Shown: positions 42,605 through 52,740, counted from the first letter of the stretch. The stretch is DNA of 64,000 nucleotides from Pseudomonadota bacterium (GCA_023417515.1 JAEZFL010000058.1:2952-66951), one strand, 5' to 3'. The notes: generated from the sequence alone by a model not told the origin. Numbers and translations are program-made.

Positions 42605-43261
42605 ATGCCCGAAGTCATTTTCCCCGGTCCCGAAGGCCGCCTCGAAGGTCGTTTCCAGCCCGGTCCGCGCCCACGCGCGCCGGTCGCGATCATCCTCCAT
42701 CCGCACCCGCAGGGCGGCGGCACGATGAATCACCCGATCACGCTCGCCCTTTACAAGGATTTCGTGAAACGCGGTTTCGCCACCCTTCGCTTCAACTTCC
42801 GCGGGGTCGGCCGGAGCCAGGGCATCTTCGACAACGGCATCGGCGAGCTGTCGGACGCCGCCAGCGCGCTCGACTGGATCCAGCAGGTCCATCCCGAGGC
42901 CGAGCAGACCTGGGTCGCCGGATTCTCGTTCGGCGCCTGGATCGGAATGCAGCTCCTGATGCGCCGCCCCGAGGCGCGCGGTTTCATCTCGATCGCGCCG
43001 CCCGCCAACATGTATGATTTCAGCTTCCTGGCGCCGTGCCCGGCGAGCGGGATCATCATCCAGGGCGAGGCCGACGAGGTGGTCACCCCGCCCGCGGTGG
43101 TGAAGCTGGTCGAAAAGCTGCGCACGCAGCGCGGGATCACCGTCGAATACAAGACGATCCCGGGGGCGAACCACTTCTTCGTCAACGAGATGCCGGAGCT
43201 GATGAAGGCGGTCGACGACTATCTCGACTTCCGCCTCGACCCGAGCTGCCCGATCCGGTGA
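42605..43261 (+). CDS. Alpha/beta hydrolase (Fe-S locus-associated)
   Basis: HPHPQGGGTM, FNFRGVG, GFSFG, ANHFF. Confidence 0.9.
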   Translation: MPEVIFPGPEGRLEGRFQPGPRPRAPVAIILHPHPQGGGTMNHPITLALYKDFVKRGFATLRFNFRGVGRSQGIFDNGIGELSDAASALDWIQQVHPEAEQTWVAGFSFGAWIGMQLLMRRPEARGFISIAPPANMYDFSFLAPCPASGIIIQGEADEVVTPPAVVKLVEKLRTQRGITVEYKTIPGANHFFVNEMPELMKAVDDYLDFRLDPSCPIR

Positions 43262-43270
43262 GCTATCGTC

Positions 43271-43376
43271 TCCCCTCCCCTTCAGGGGAGGGGGTTAGAG
43301 GGTGGGGGCGAGCCGCAGGCTCGCGCGCGGCGCAAGGCGCCGCCACCACCCCAACCCCTCCTCTGAAGAGGAGGGG
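43271..43376. repeat. Palindromic repeat family A2
   Basis: CCCCTCCCCTTCAGGGGAGGGG..GGGTGGG..ACCCCAACCCCTCCTCTGAAGAGGAGGGG. Confidence 0.8.
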
Positions 43377-43391
43377 CTGAACAGCGCTCTT

Positions 43392-43688
43392 TTACGACCG
43401 CAGCTTCGCGAACACGCCCTGCAGCTGCATGGCGTTGGACATGTCGCCCTCGACCTTCAATTTGCCCTGCATGAAGGCGGTCATGCCGTCGAGGCTGCCG
43501 TCGAACATCGCCTTCCAGTCGTCGTTCGACGCCTTCAGAGTGGTGTCGGCAGGGCCGTCCTCCTCCGTCGCCTGGCCCGCCTGGCCGTCGAGCATGATGG
43601 CACCGTCGTCGAAGGCGAGCTTGACGCGCTTGCCCGGAAGCCAGGCCTGCGCCTCGTTCATCTTCGCCACCGCTTCGCTCCGGGTCAT
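43392..43688 (-). CDS. SCP2 sterol-binding domain protein
   Basis: MTAFMQGKLKVEGDMSNAM. Confidence 0.88.
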   Translation of the reverse strand: MTRSEAVAKMNEAQAWLPGKRVKLAFDDGAIMLDGQAGQATEEDGPADTTLKASNDDWKAMFDGSLDGMTAFMQGKLKVEGDMSNAMQLQGVFAKLRS

Positions 43689-43840
43689 GTGTCCGCTCTC
43701 CTGTGATTGGTTTTGCCCCTCACCCCTAAACGGGCGCTCCGACCGGTCAAGGGCTGACACTCATGTCAGTATCGTTCAGCCCCGCGACAGACTGGCTCGG
43801 CGATCAGCTCGTCACGTTCGCGTAACGAGAGAGGGGGTCG

Positions 43841-44533
43841 ATGCGGGTGAAGCTGTTGATCATGGGGGCGCTGGCCGTGACGGCGCTGGCCGGCTGCGTG
43901 GGTGATTCGCGGATCGCGATGCCCGCCGACCTGCAGGCGCGCACCGAGCGGCTCGAGATCGCCGGCATGGGCTATGGCGAGCGCGGCGATTTCACCCTCG
44001 GTTCCTCGAACGGCCGATTCACCCGGCTATCTCTTCAGACCGGCGACGGCTTCGTCGTCGACAATGTCGGGCGCGGAAGCTTCGTCATCGCCGGCCCGGA
44101 GCTGGGCGGCCGGGTGAGTGCGACCTGCGGCTTCCATGAGCGCGAGCTCGACCTGGGCGTCGTGGTCGCGACCCGGGACCGGCTCGCTTATGGCTGCGAC
44201 TTCGAGCGCGACGGCCTGCCGCTATCCGGCGGCTTGCTCCTCGCGGAGGTGCCCACGTCCCGTGGCGTCCTGGCCGGCCGGACCCGCGCCGGTGAGCTGC
44301 GCATCGGCGACCTGCGCATCGGCATCCGGGCCATCCACGACATGGTCGGCACGCGGCTGCCGAGCGGGACTCCGCTGGGCTACGCGTTCGATATCGACGG
44401 CCGCCAGATCGGAGCGGTCGACCTCAACGGCGGCGACAAGACGGTCTATGCGCCGCGCGCGCCCGGCGCGGAGCGCGAGGCGGTGCTGATGGCGAGCCTC
44501 GCGCTGTCGATCTTCTGGGATCCGGGCGCCTAG
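43841..44533 (+). CDS. Hypothetical lipoprotein
   Basis: Lipobox LAGC. Confidence 0.7.
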   Translation: MRVKLLIMGALAVTALAGCVGDSRIAMPADLQARTERLEIAGMGYGERGDFTLGSSNGRFTRLSLQTGDGFVVDNVGRGSFVIAGPELGGRVSATCGFHERELDLGVVVATRDRLAYGCDFERDGLPLSGGLLLAEVPTSRGVLAGRTRAGELRIGDLRIGIRAIHDMVGTRLPSGTPLGYAFDIDGRQIGAVDLNGGDKTVYAPRAPGAEREAVLMASLALSIFWDPGA

Positions 44534-44570
44534 CTGGAATATCGCCGCGGGTGCCGCTAGGCGGTCGCCC

Positions 44571-46232
44571 ATGACCAGCAAGCGCACCGGCGGCCGAATC
44601 CTCGTCGACCAACTCCTCATCCAGGGCTGCGACCGCATCTTCACGGTGCCGGGCGAGAGCTTCCTCGCGGTGCTCGACGCGCTCCACGACACGCCCGAGA
44701 TCGACCTCGTCGTGTGCCGCCAGGAAGGTGGCGTCGCCTATATGGCCGATGCCGACGCGCGCCTCACCGGCCGGCCGGGAATCGCCTTCGTCACGCGCGG
44801 GCCGGGCGCCACCAATGCCTGTGTCGGAGTCCATGTCGCGCGCCAGGATTCGACTCCGATGATCCTGTTCATCGGCGACGTCGCCCGCGGCGACCGCGAC
44901 CGCGAAGGCTTCCAGGAGGTCGATTTCGGGATGATGTTCGCGCCGCTCGCCAAATGGGTGGCGCGGATCGAGGACGCCGCGCGAATCCCCGAATATGTCG
45001 CGCGCGCCTGGAGCACCGCTCTGTCGGGCCGCCCCGGCCCAGTGGTGCTGGTGCTCCCCGAGGACATGCTGACCGACAGCGTCGAGGCGATCGATCGGCC
45101 GGCCGTGCCGCGTGCCGCCCAGGCTGCCGACCCGCTCGCCGTCGCCGCGATGATGGATCTGCTCAAGGACGCCGCGGCCCCGATTGCCATCGTCGGCGGC
45201 GCCGGCTGGTGCCGCGGCACGGCGGCGCCCTTCGCCGAATGGGCCGAGCGCATCGGCCTCCCGGTCGCCGGCGCCTTCCGCCGCCAGGATTCGATTCCCA
45301 ACGACAGCCCGGTCTGGGCCGGCAATCTCGGCTACGGTCCCAATCCCAAGCTGGTCCAGCGCGTGAAGGACGCCGACCTGGTCATCGCCGTAGGCGCCCG
45401 TCTCGGCGAGGCGACCACCGACGGCTACCAGCTGATCACACCCGACCATCCCGAACAGAAGCTCGTCCATGTCCATCCCGACCCGGCGGAGCTCGGCCGG
45501 GTCTATCGCACCGACCTTCCGATCTGCGCCGACGTCAAGGAATTCGCCGAGCTGTGCGCCGCCTGGGACGACGACGTCATCCATTTCGATGCGGGCGCGC
45601 AGGCCCATGCCGAGTGGCTGGCCTGGTCGACGCCAAAGCCCAACGACACGCCGCTCGACATGGGCCAGGCCGTGCTCGCGCTGCGCGACGCGCTCCCGGC
45701 AGACACGATCGTGTGCAACGGAGCGGGCAATTTCTCCGCCTGGTTCCACCGCTTCTGGCATTATTCCGGCTGCCCGAGCCAGCTCGCTCCGACCAACGGC
45801 TCGATGGGCTACGGCCTGCCCGCCGCGGTCGCCGCAGCGATCCGGGCGCCCGACCGCCAGGTGCTGTGCGCGGCCGGGGACGGGGACTTCCTGATGAACG
45901 GCCAGGAGCTCGCGACCGCGGTGGCACAGGGCGTCGGCAACCTCCTGATCCTCGTTGTCGACAATGGCAGCTACGGCACCATCCGAATGCACCAGGAGCG
46001 CGAATATCCCGAGCGCCTGAGCGGAACGACCCTGGTCAATCCCGACTTCGCCGCCCTCGCCCGAGCCTATGGCGCCTGGGCAGCGACGGTCGAGCGCACC
46101 GAGGATTTCGCCGGCGTTCTGCAGGACGCGCTGGCGCAGAAAGGCGTCCGCCTCCTCCACCTCAAGACCGACTTGGAGCAGATCACCCCGGCCCTCACGG
46201 TCACCGACCTGAGGACGCGCGCGAAGGCCTAA
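44571..46232 (+). CDS. Thiamine pyrophosphate-binding enzyme (acetolactate synthase-like)
   Basis: VPGES, RQEGG, TRGPG, GDGDF...VVDN TPP motif. Confidence 0.92.
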   Translation: MTSKRTGGRILVDQLLIQGCDRIFTVPGESFLAVLDALHDTPEIDLVVCRQEGGVAYMADADARLTGRPGIAFVTRGPGATNACVGVHVARQDSTPMILFIGDVARGDRDREGFQEVDFGMMFAPLAKWVARIEDAARIPEYVARAWSTALSGRPGPVVLVLPEDMLTDSVEAIDRPAVPRAAQAADPLAVAAMMDLLKDAAAPIAIVGGAGWCRGTAAPFAEWAERIGLPVAGAFRRQDSIPNDSPVWAGNLGYGPNPKLVQRVKDADLVIAVGARLGEATTDGYQLITPDHPEQKLVHVHPDPAELGRVYRTDLPICADVKEFAELCAAWDDDVIHFDAGAQAHAEWLAWSTPKPNDTPLDMGQAVLALRDALPADTIVCNGAGNFSAWFHRFWHYSGCPSQLAPTNGSMGYGLPAAVAAAIRAPDRQVLCAAGDGDFLMNGQELATAVAQGVGNLLILVVDNGSYGTIRMHQEREYPERLSGTTLVNPDFAALARAYGAWAATVERTEDFAGVLQDALAQKGVRLLHLKTDLEQITPALTVTDLRTRAKA

Positions 46233-48289
46233 CGGCGCAGGATCGAGGGACGCTGGGGCCGCGGGTTGAGCGCCGCGAGGTTGAGCGGCTCGGCCAGGTC
46301 GATTCCGGCCTTGCCTTCACGGACCCAGCGTATGATTCCACGCACGGTCGGCCCCTCCGCAATGTCCACCACGACCGCCTGGTCCGCCTCGATCAGCAGC
46401 TGGAATCCGTCGATCATCAAGCCACGCGCCGAGATGTCGCGGATTCGCACCTGGTCGCTTGCTCCCCCGGCCCGAAGGGTCGCGGAACGAAGCAGCTTCT
46501 GGCGCGACGGCCGGCTCACCTTCAGGCCGACCGCCTTGGCCTCGCCCGACGCCGCGAGCTGCCCCGGCACCTCGGATGGCGGCACCGCCTTGCCATAGAC
46601 GAAGCCCTGGATATGCGAGCAGCCGAGTTCGGTGATCAGCGCGATCTCGTCCTGAGTCTCGACACCTTCCGCGGTCGTCTCCAGCTTCAGGGTCTCGGCG
46701 ATCGCCACCACCGCCTTGATGATCGCGACGTTGCGCGGGTCGTGCCGCGCGCCCTTCACGAAGCCCTGGTCGATCTTGACCTTGTCGAACGGCGCCTTCT
46801 TCAAATAAGCGAGCGAGGAATAGCCGGTGCCGAAATCGTCGAGCACCAGCCGCACGCCCGCGCGTTTCAAGGTCTGCAGCATGCTCGCCGTGGTCTCGTC
46901 ACCGTTGAGGAACACGCCCTCGGTGATCTCCAGCTCGAGCCGGTCAGGATCGAGACCCGACTGAGCGAGCGCGTTGGTGACGATCGCGGGCAGGCTCGGC
47001 TTCAGGAACTGAACCGGCGATACGTTGACCGCGATCCGGGCCGACGTCGGCCATGCAGCGGCCTCGGCGCAGGCGGTGCGCAGAACCCATTCGCCGATCG
47101 AGTTGATGAGGCCCGAATCCTCGGCGATCGGGATGAACTCCTCCGGCGAAATCGGCCCTTGCGTGGGGTGGTCCCAACGGATCAGCGCCTCATAGCCGAC
47201 GACCTGCTTGGACGCGGTGCTGATCACCGGCTGATAGACCAGCCGGAACTGGCCGCTGTCGCGGGCGATCCGGAGGTCGTCCTCCATCGTCTTGCGGGTC
47301 TGCGCCTCGGTCAGCAGCTCGGTCTGGAAGAAACAATGGCTGCCCCGCCCGGCTGCCTTCGCGGCGTAGAGCGCGAGGTCGGCGTTGCGCACCAGGGTCT
47401 CCGGGTCGCCGGCATGGTCTGGCGCGATCGCAACTCCGATCGAGCAGCCGATCGACAGGTTGGCGCCGTTGATGAAATAGGGCTGCGATAGCGCCAGGAT
47501 GATCGCGTCGGCGAGCCGCTGGAGCTGCTTTTCGTTGTTGAACTTGGACAGGATGACCTGGAACTCGTCGCCGCCGAGGCGGCCGACCAGGCCGATGTCG
47601 CCGACCGTGCGCTCCAGCCGCTGCGCGACGATCTTGAGCAGCTGGTCGCCGGTCTGGTGGCCGAGCGTGTCGTTGACCGCCTTGAACCGGTCGAGATCGA
47701 GCATGAACAGGGCGACCGGGCGGTTGGAGATCTCGAGCTGCGAGATCATCTGGTCGAGCTGGTTGCGCATCCGGGCCCGGTTGGCGAGCCCGGTCAGCGA
47801 ATCGAACAAGGCGAGCCGTTTGATCTCCGCGTCGGAACGGCGCTCGGCCGTGAGGTCGGTGCCGTAGCCTGAAAAGCCCCGGAACTGGCCGAACTCGTCG
47901 ACCAGCGGGCGGCCCCAGATGCACCAGATGCGGTCGGCCGGCCCGCCCGCGGCGCGGACCTCGAAATTGGTGAAGGACGTGCGCGCGTTGAGATGGAAGT
48001 TGAGGGTGCGCTCGGAGCCCGACACTTCGCCGCTCATCTCGAGCAGTTCGGTGAGCGGTCGGCCGAGCGGCCCGTCCGCGCCCTCGCCGAGCAAGCGTGC
48101 GACCTTCTCGGAAATGTAGGTGAGCCGACCGGTCCGGTCGGTTCGCCAGAACCAGCCGCTGCCCTGAGCCTCGAAGCTGCGCACCAGCTGGACGGCGAGG
48201 TCGTCGCCCAGCTCGAAGCTCGGCTGATCGTTCGGCTCGCCCGCGCGGGCGTTCCGCAATCCGCTGACCAAACGCGACTTCAGGTTCAT
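46229..48289 (-). CDS. PAS-GGDEF-EAL-PilZ c-di-GMP signalling protein
   Basis: WRTD PAS, DSLTGLANR, GGDEF, YEAL, DDFGTGYSS, C-terminal RPSR..DISARG. Confidence 0.92.
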   Translation of the reverse strand: MNLKSRLVSGLRNARAGEPNDQPSFELGDDLAVQLVRSFEAQGSGWFWRTDRTGRLTYISEKVARLLGEGADGPLGRPLTELLEMSGEVSGSERTLNFHLNARTSFTNFEVRAAGGPADRIWCIWGRPLVDEFGQFRGFSGYGTDLTAERRSDAEIKRLALFDSLTGLANRARMRNQLDQMISQLEISNRPVALFMLDLDRFKAVNDTLGHQTGDQLLKIVAQRLERTVGDIGLVGRLGGDEFQVILSKFNNEKQLQRLADAIILALSQPYFINGANLSIGCSIGVAIAPDHAGDPETLVRNADLALYAAKAAGRGSHCFFQTELLTEAQTRKTMEDDLRIARDSGQFRLVYQPVISTASKQVVGYEALIRWDHPTQGPISPEEFIPIAEDSGLINSIGEWVLRTACAEAAAWPTSARIAVNVSPVQFLKPSLPAIVTNALAQSGLDPDRLELEITEGVFLNGDETTASMLQTLKRAGVRLVLDDFGTGYSSLAYLKKAPFDKVKIDQGFVKGARHDPRNVAIIKAVVAIAETLKLETTAEGVETQDEIALITELGCSHIQGFVYGKAVPPSEVPGQLAASGEAKAVGLKVSRPSRQKLLRSATLRAGGASDQVRIRDISARGLMIDGFQLLIEADQAVVVDIAEGPTVRGIIRWVREGKAGIDLAEPLNLAALNPRPQRPSILRR

Positions 48290-48388
48290 CCCGCGGTTCC
48301 CGGCAAGTCCCGCGGAGAGCGGCGACCATCCTGACTAGCTTCCAGAGCCCGCACGAGGCCCATAGGCAAGGCTGCTAGCAGCCCGCTC

Positions 48389-48403
48389 CTTACGGTTCGT
48401 TAA
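48389..48403 (-). promoter_or_regulatory. CtrA-like box upstream of the GGDEF-EAL gene
   Basis: TTAA-N7-TAAG on the minus strand. Confidence 0.45.
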
Positions 48404-48523
48404 ATGGCCTCGGAGCGCGCCTGCAATGATCATCCCCGCGAGCAGACATCCAGCCGCCTTTCTCCTGTGAGTCAAAGCTGGATTTCCGCGTCGCGGGGAC
48501 GGGGAGGACGATCGCGAGCGAGC

Positions 48524-48694
48524 CTAGATGTCGTCGCCGAGCATCCCTTTCACCTTGCCCTTGAACTGCTCGCCCTTGCCTTTCAGCTCCTGCGCCGCGC
48601 CCTCGTCGCGGGTCGCCGGATTGGCGCTCTGCTGCTTCAGCTTGCCCGCCGCCTCGTTGACATTGCCTTTGATCTTGTCGCCAAGCTCACCCAT
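48524..48694 (-). CDS. CsbD-like general stress protein (56 aa; not in the ORF track)
   Basis: MGELGDKIKGNVNEAAGKLKQQSANPATRDEGAAQELKGKGEQFKGKVKGMLGDDI; RBS GGAG. Confidence 0.85.
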   Translation of the reverse strand: MGELGDKIKGNVNEAAGKLKQQSANPATRDEGAAQELKGKGEQFKGKVKGMLGDDI

Positions 48695-48738
48695 CGTTCA
48701 TCTCCATTTGTGCCGACCGTGCCGGCGTCTGCGATGAG

Positions 48739-48763
48739 AACGAATCCGGGTTGGGGCCGTTCC
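48739..48763 (-). promoter_or_regulatory. EcfG-type ECF promoter
   Basis: Perfect GGAAC-N16-CGTT upstream of the csbD-like gene. Confidence 0.75.
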
Positions 48764-48769
48764 GAGCCG

Positions 48770-50044
48770 TCACAGCCCGAACGGCCACATGTCATCCTCG
48801 CCAGTGCGCTCCGGACCGCCGAGCGGGGTGACCGCCCTGGTTTCCTCGAACCACACCCAGCCGTCGAACTGGTTGCCGAGCTCCGCCTCGGCATAATGGC
48901 TCCAGCGCTCGGTCTCCGGCCGGTAGATGACTCCGATGAAGCGCTCGAGCCGCGACTCCAGCGTCGCCTCGGGCGGATCGCGCAGGTCGAGGAGAAAGCG
49001 CGGCTCGCCGGTCTCGAAGCTCAGTCGCTCCCAGCTGCCGGGCAGCGACGGACGCACCGTCTTCACCTGCATCGGCTCGTCCCAGTCGTCCGCTGCCGCG
49101 ACCGTGCCGGTATGGGTGCCGAAGCCGATCAGCCGCGAGGCGTCGGCGAACCGCTCCTTCACGAGCTGGCCGATGTTCACCTCGCCCCGCACCTGGCCCA
49201 TGTCGGTGTGCGCGGCATTGCCGATATGGCTGTTGTGCGCCCACACCACCGCCCTGGCGCCCTCCCCGCCGGCGTCGAGCAGCTGGCACAATGTCTCGAA
49301 CATATGGGTGTCGCGCAGATTCCAGCTCTCCGCGGAGCCGTGATACATGGCGCGATAATAGGCCTCGGCATTGGCGACGAGCCGCGCATTGGCCGCGGCG
49401 TCGAGCCATTCCATGCCGTCCTTGTAGCTATACTCCATGCGATTGTTCTGGAGGTCGCGAAGCATCGCCAGGACCTGCTTCTCACAGCGCGCATAGCCCT
49501 CGCTCAAAGCGGTGGCACCATAGGCGGCCGGGTTGCGGCTGTAGGGCTGGAGGCAGGCATAGCGCGCCCGTGCGATCTCCGAAGCCTCGGGATCGACGTC
49601 CTTCAGATAGTCGATCACCGCCCGCATCGACCCGCTGAGATTGTAGAGGTCGAGGCCGTAAAAGCCCGCCTGCTCCTTCTCCGCGCGTCCCTCATTCCAC
49701 TGGCGGAGCCAGCGCACGAAGCCGTCGACCTCCGCGTTGCGCCACATCCAGGTCGGGAAGCGCTGGAACGCCGCCTCCTCGCCGTCGCGGCGCGGACGGT
49801 GGCGGACCAAGCGATCGATGTTCGCAGCGTCCGGCCAGTCCGCCTCGACCGCGACGATATTGAAACCGTGCCGCTCGATCAGCCGCCGGGTGATCGAGGC
49901 GCGGGCGCGGTAGAACTCGCTGGTGCCGTGGCTGGCCTCGCCGAGCAGGATCGCTCGAGCGTCGCCATAGCGGTCGAACGCCTCGGCGAAGGCGGGGTCG
50001 CCGATTTCGGGAAGCGGCTCCACCAGGCTCGTGAACGCATTCAT
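48770..50044 (-). CDS. Erythromycin esterase family protein
   Basis: LGEASHGTSEFY, EADWPDA, WNLRD.HM, WAHNSHIG. Confidence 0.9.
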   Translation of the reverse strand: MNAFTSLVEPLPEIGDPAFAEAFDRYGDARAILLGEASHGTSEFYRARASITRRLIERHGFNIVAVEADWPDAANIDRLVRHRPRRDGEEAAFQRFPTWMWRNAEVDGFVRWLRQWNEGRAEKEQAGFYGLDLYNLSGSMRAVIDYLKDVDPEASEIARARYACLQPYSRNPAAYGATALSEGYARCEKQVLAMLRDLQNNRMEYSYKDGMEWLDAAANARLVANAEAYYRAMYHGSAESWNLRDTHMFETLCQLLDAGGEGARAVVWAHNSHIGNAAHTDMGQVRGEVNIGQLVKERFADASRLIGFGTHTGTVAAADDWDEPMQVKTVRPSLPGSWERLSFETGEPRFLLDLRDPPEATLESRLERFIGVIYRPETERWSHYAEAELGNQFDGWVWFEETRAVTPLGGPERTGEDDMWPFGL

Positions 50045-50697
50045 GGCCGATCCTCCGGCCAGCCCTGCGCGCCGATCAGCGGCACGAAGCGCACTGCGTC
50101 CAACTCCTCGCGCTCGAAACGCTCGCCGCGGCGCCGTACCCGCACCAACCGCTGAGCGCCGCTGGGCGCCCCCACCGGCATGACCAGGATTCCGTCGTAC
50201 GCGAGTTGGTCGAGCAGCGCCTCCGGCACCTCCCGCCCGGCCGCCGCCGCGAGGATCGCGTCGTAAGGCGCCTCCTCGGGGAAGCCGAGCGTCCCGTCCC
50301 CCTCGACGACCCGCACGTTTCGATAGCCCAGCCGCTCCATCCGCTCGCGCGCGATCCGCGCAAGCTCCGGATGCCGCTCGATCGCCACCACCGCATCGGC
50401 GATCCGCCCGAGGATCGCGGCGGCGTAGCCCGACCCCGCGCCCACCTCGAGAACGCGCTGCCCCGGCCGCACCCGGGCGGCGTCGATCATGAAGGCAACG
50501 ATATAGGGTTGTGAGATGGTCTGCCCCGCCTCGATCGGCAGCGGCCGGTCCTCATAGGCCTCGCCGGCGAGGTCCGGCGCGACGAACAGCTCGCGCGGCA
50601 CCTCTCGGAAGGCGTCGAGCAGGGACTCGCCGACCAGACCCCGGCCGGCGATCTGCTGCGCCACCATCCGCTCGCGAAGGGCGCGGAAATCTGGCAT
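50041..50697 (-). CDS. pcm: Protein-L-isoaspartate O-methyltransferase
   Basis: GQTISQPYIV, VLEVGAGSGY, APYDAI, VRFVPL. Confidence 0.92.
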   Translation of the reverse strand: MPDFRALRERMVAQQIAGRGLVGESLLDAFREVPRELFVAPDLAGEAYEDRPLPIEAGQTISQPYIVAFMIDAARVRPGQRVLEVGAGSGYAAAILGRIADAVVAIERHPELARIARERMERLGYRNVRVVEGDGTLGFPEEAPYDAILAAAAGREVPEALLDQLAYDGILVMPVGAPSGAQRLVRVRRRGERFEREELDAVRFVPLIGAQGWPEDRP

Positions 50698-50719
50698 TCC
50701 TTTCTCCTGCCGCGGCTGT

Positions 50720-50744
50720 AACCGACACTCGCCGCCGCCGTTCC
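50720..50744 (-). promoter_or_regulatory. EcfG-type ECF promoter
   Basis: GGAAC-N16-GGTT upstream of pcm. Confidence 0.6.
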
Positions 50745-50759
50745 GAGAGGGAGGTGACC

Positions 50760-51575
50760 ATGGCATCCAGCGACAGCGCCTTTTCAGGCTCGATCCCAGC
50801 AATCTACGACCGCTGCCTCGGCCCGATGTTGTTCGAGCCCTATGCCCGCGATCTCGCCCGGCGCGCCGCCGCCATTCACCCCAGGAACCTGGTCGAAACG
50901 GCAGCGGGAACCGGAATCGTCACCGCCGCCCTCGCCCAGGCCCTTCCGGAGACCGACATCGTCGCCACCGACCTCAACCAGGCGATGCTCGACGTGGCGG
51001 CCTGGCGGATCTCGTCGCCGCGAGTCGCCTTCCGGGCCGCCGACGCGCAATCGCTTCCCTTCCCCGACGCAAGCTTCGATGCAGCGATATGCCAGTTCGG
51101 GGTGATGTTCTTCCCCGACCGGGTCGGGGCTTATCGCGAGGCGCGCCGGGTCATGAGCGCGGGCGGTACCTTCATCTTCAACGTGTGGGACAGCCTCGAC
51201 CGCAACCCTGCGTCGAAGGCGATGGCGGAGGCGATGCGAGAGGTCTTCCCCGACGATCCTCCCTCTTTCATCCAGCGCGTGCCGTTCGGATATCACGACA
51301 CGGACCGAATCGGGGCCGACCTTCGTGCCGCCGGGTTCGACGACATCTCCTTCGAGACGGTCGTTCTGCCCAGCCGCGCTCCCTCTGCCCGCGAAGCCGC
51401 GATCGGGATGTGCCAGGGCAGCCCGTTGCGGGCCGAGATCGAGGCGCGTGACGCCGCTAGGCTCGACTCGGCAGTAGAAGCCGCCGCGAAGGCGCTCGAG
51501 CGCCTTTCAGGCCCCGCCCTAGACGTCGAAATGTCGGCTCACGTCGTCACGGCGAGAGCGCCAGCGCCGTCCTAG
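50760..51575 (+). CDS. Class I SAM-dependent methyltransferase
   Basis: [30 protein letters not shown]. Confidence 0.9.
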   Translation: MASSDSAFSGSIPAIYDRCLGPMLFEPYARDLARRAAAIHPRNLVETAAGTGIVTAALAQALPETDIVATDLNQAMLDVAAWRISSPRVAFRAADAQSLPFPDASFDAAICQFGVMFFPDRVGAYREARRVMSAGGTFIFNVWDSLDRNPASKAMAEAMREVFPDDPPSFIQRVPFGYHDTDRIGADLRAAGFDDISFETVVLPSRAPSAREAAIGMCQGSPLRAEIEARDAARLDSAVEAAAKALERLSGPALDVEMSAHVVTARAPAPS

Positions 51576-52366
51576 ATCAATCCGGCCAGCGGGCTCGACG
51601 GGTCGGCGTAGCGGCGCTGGCCCATGCGCCCGGCGCGGTAGGCCAGACGGCCGCTTTCGACCGCGGCCTTCATCGCCCGCGCCATCATCACCGGGTCCTT
51701 GGCCTCGGCAATCGCGGTGTTCATGAGCACGCCGTCGCAGCCCAGCTCCATCGCCACCGCCGCGTCGGACGCCGTGCCGACGCCGGCATCGACCAGCACC
51801 GGCACCTTCGCGCCCTCGACGATCAGCCGGATCGTCACCCTGTTCTGGATTCCGAGGCCTGAGCCGATCGGCGCGCCGAGCGGCATGATCGCGACCGCGC
51901 CGGCTTCCTCGAGCTGCTTCGCGGCGATGGGATCGTCGACGCAATAGACCATCGGCTTGAAGCCCTCGGCGACAAGCACCTCGGTCGCCTTCAGGGTCTC
52001 GCGCATGTCGGGATAGAGCGTCTTCGCCTCGCCGAGCACTTCGAGCTTCACCAGCTCCCAGCCGCCCGCCTCCCGCGCCAGCCGAAGCGTGCGCACGGCG
52101 TCGTCGGCCGTGAAGCAGCCGGCCGTGTTGGGCAGATAGGTGAAGCGCTTGGGATTGATATAATCGGTCAGCAAAGGCTGGTTCGGATCCGAGACATTCA
52201 CCCGCCGCACCGCGACGGTGACGATCTCGGCCCCCGACGCCTCGAGCGCCGCGGCATTCTGTTCGAACGACTTGTACTTGCCGGTGCCGACGATGAGCCG
52301 GGAGGTGAAGGTGCGCCCCGCGACCGTCCAGGTGTCGGGCGCTTCGATATTGCTCAATTCGTTCAT
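51572..52366 (-). CDS. thiG: Thiazole synthase
   Basis: [33 protein letters not shown]. Confidence 0.95.
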   Translation of the reverse strand: MNELSNIEAPDTWTVAGRTFTSRLIVGTGKYKSFEQNAAALEASGAEIVTVAVRRVNVSDPNQPLLTDYINPKRFTYLPNTAGCFTADDAVRTLRLAREAGGWELVKLEVLGEAKTLYPDMRETLKATEVLVAEGFKPMVYCVDDPIAAKQLEEAGAVAIMPLGAPIGSGLGIQNRVTIRLIVEGAKVPVLVDAGVGTASDAAVAMELGCDGVLMNTAIAEAKDPVMMARAMKAAVESGRLAYRAGRMGQRRYADPSSPLAGLI

Positions 52367-52374
52367 GGAAAACT

Positions 52375-52461
52375 CGTCATGCCGGGCTTGATCCGGCATC
52401 CACCTGCCTTTCGGCGACCGGTCAAGGAAAAGGTGAATCCCGGATCGAGTCCGGGACGGCG
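52375..52461. repeat. Palindromic repeat (family B-related) between thiS and thiG
   Basis: CGTCATGCCGGGCTTGATCCGGCATCC...ATCCCGGATCGAGTCCGGGACGGCG. Confidence 0.75.
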
Positions 52462-52474
52462 AAGGAGCGGTGCT

Positions 52475-52693
52475 TCAGCCGCCCCCCACGAAAGTGACGA
52501 TCTCGAAATCGTCGCCGTCCGCGACCCTCACCTCGGCGAGCGTCGAGCGCGGCACGATCTCCAAATTGCGCTCGACCGCGACTTTCTCCGGGACAAGCCC
52601 CAGCTCCGCCGCCAGCTGGGCGATGGTGATCCCCTCCGCCACGCGCCGGTGCTGGCCGTTGACCGTTATCGAAAGGGTACCGTCCGTCGTCAT
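52475..52693 (-). CDS. thiS: Sulfur carrier protein ThiS
   Basis: [26 protein letters not shown]. Confidence 0.92.
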   Translation of the reverse strand: MTTDGTLSITVNGQHRRVAEGITIAQLAAELGLVPEKVAVERNLEIVPRSTLAEVRVADGDDFEIVTFVGGG

Positions 52694-52740
52694 GTCCAAG
52701 GCTTTCCACTGCAACAAGTTGGTCATATAGGGCCGCGCCA

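Noticed and set aside
44714..47491. 925-aa plus-strand ORF and other long shadow ORFs (8945-11077, 20238-22070, 36762-38777, 58511-60727)
   Set aside because: Arg/Pro/Gly-rich off-frame or antisense readings of well-supported genes, as expected in high-GC DNA.
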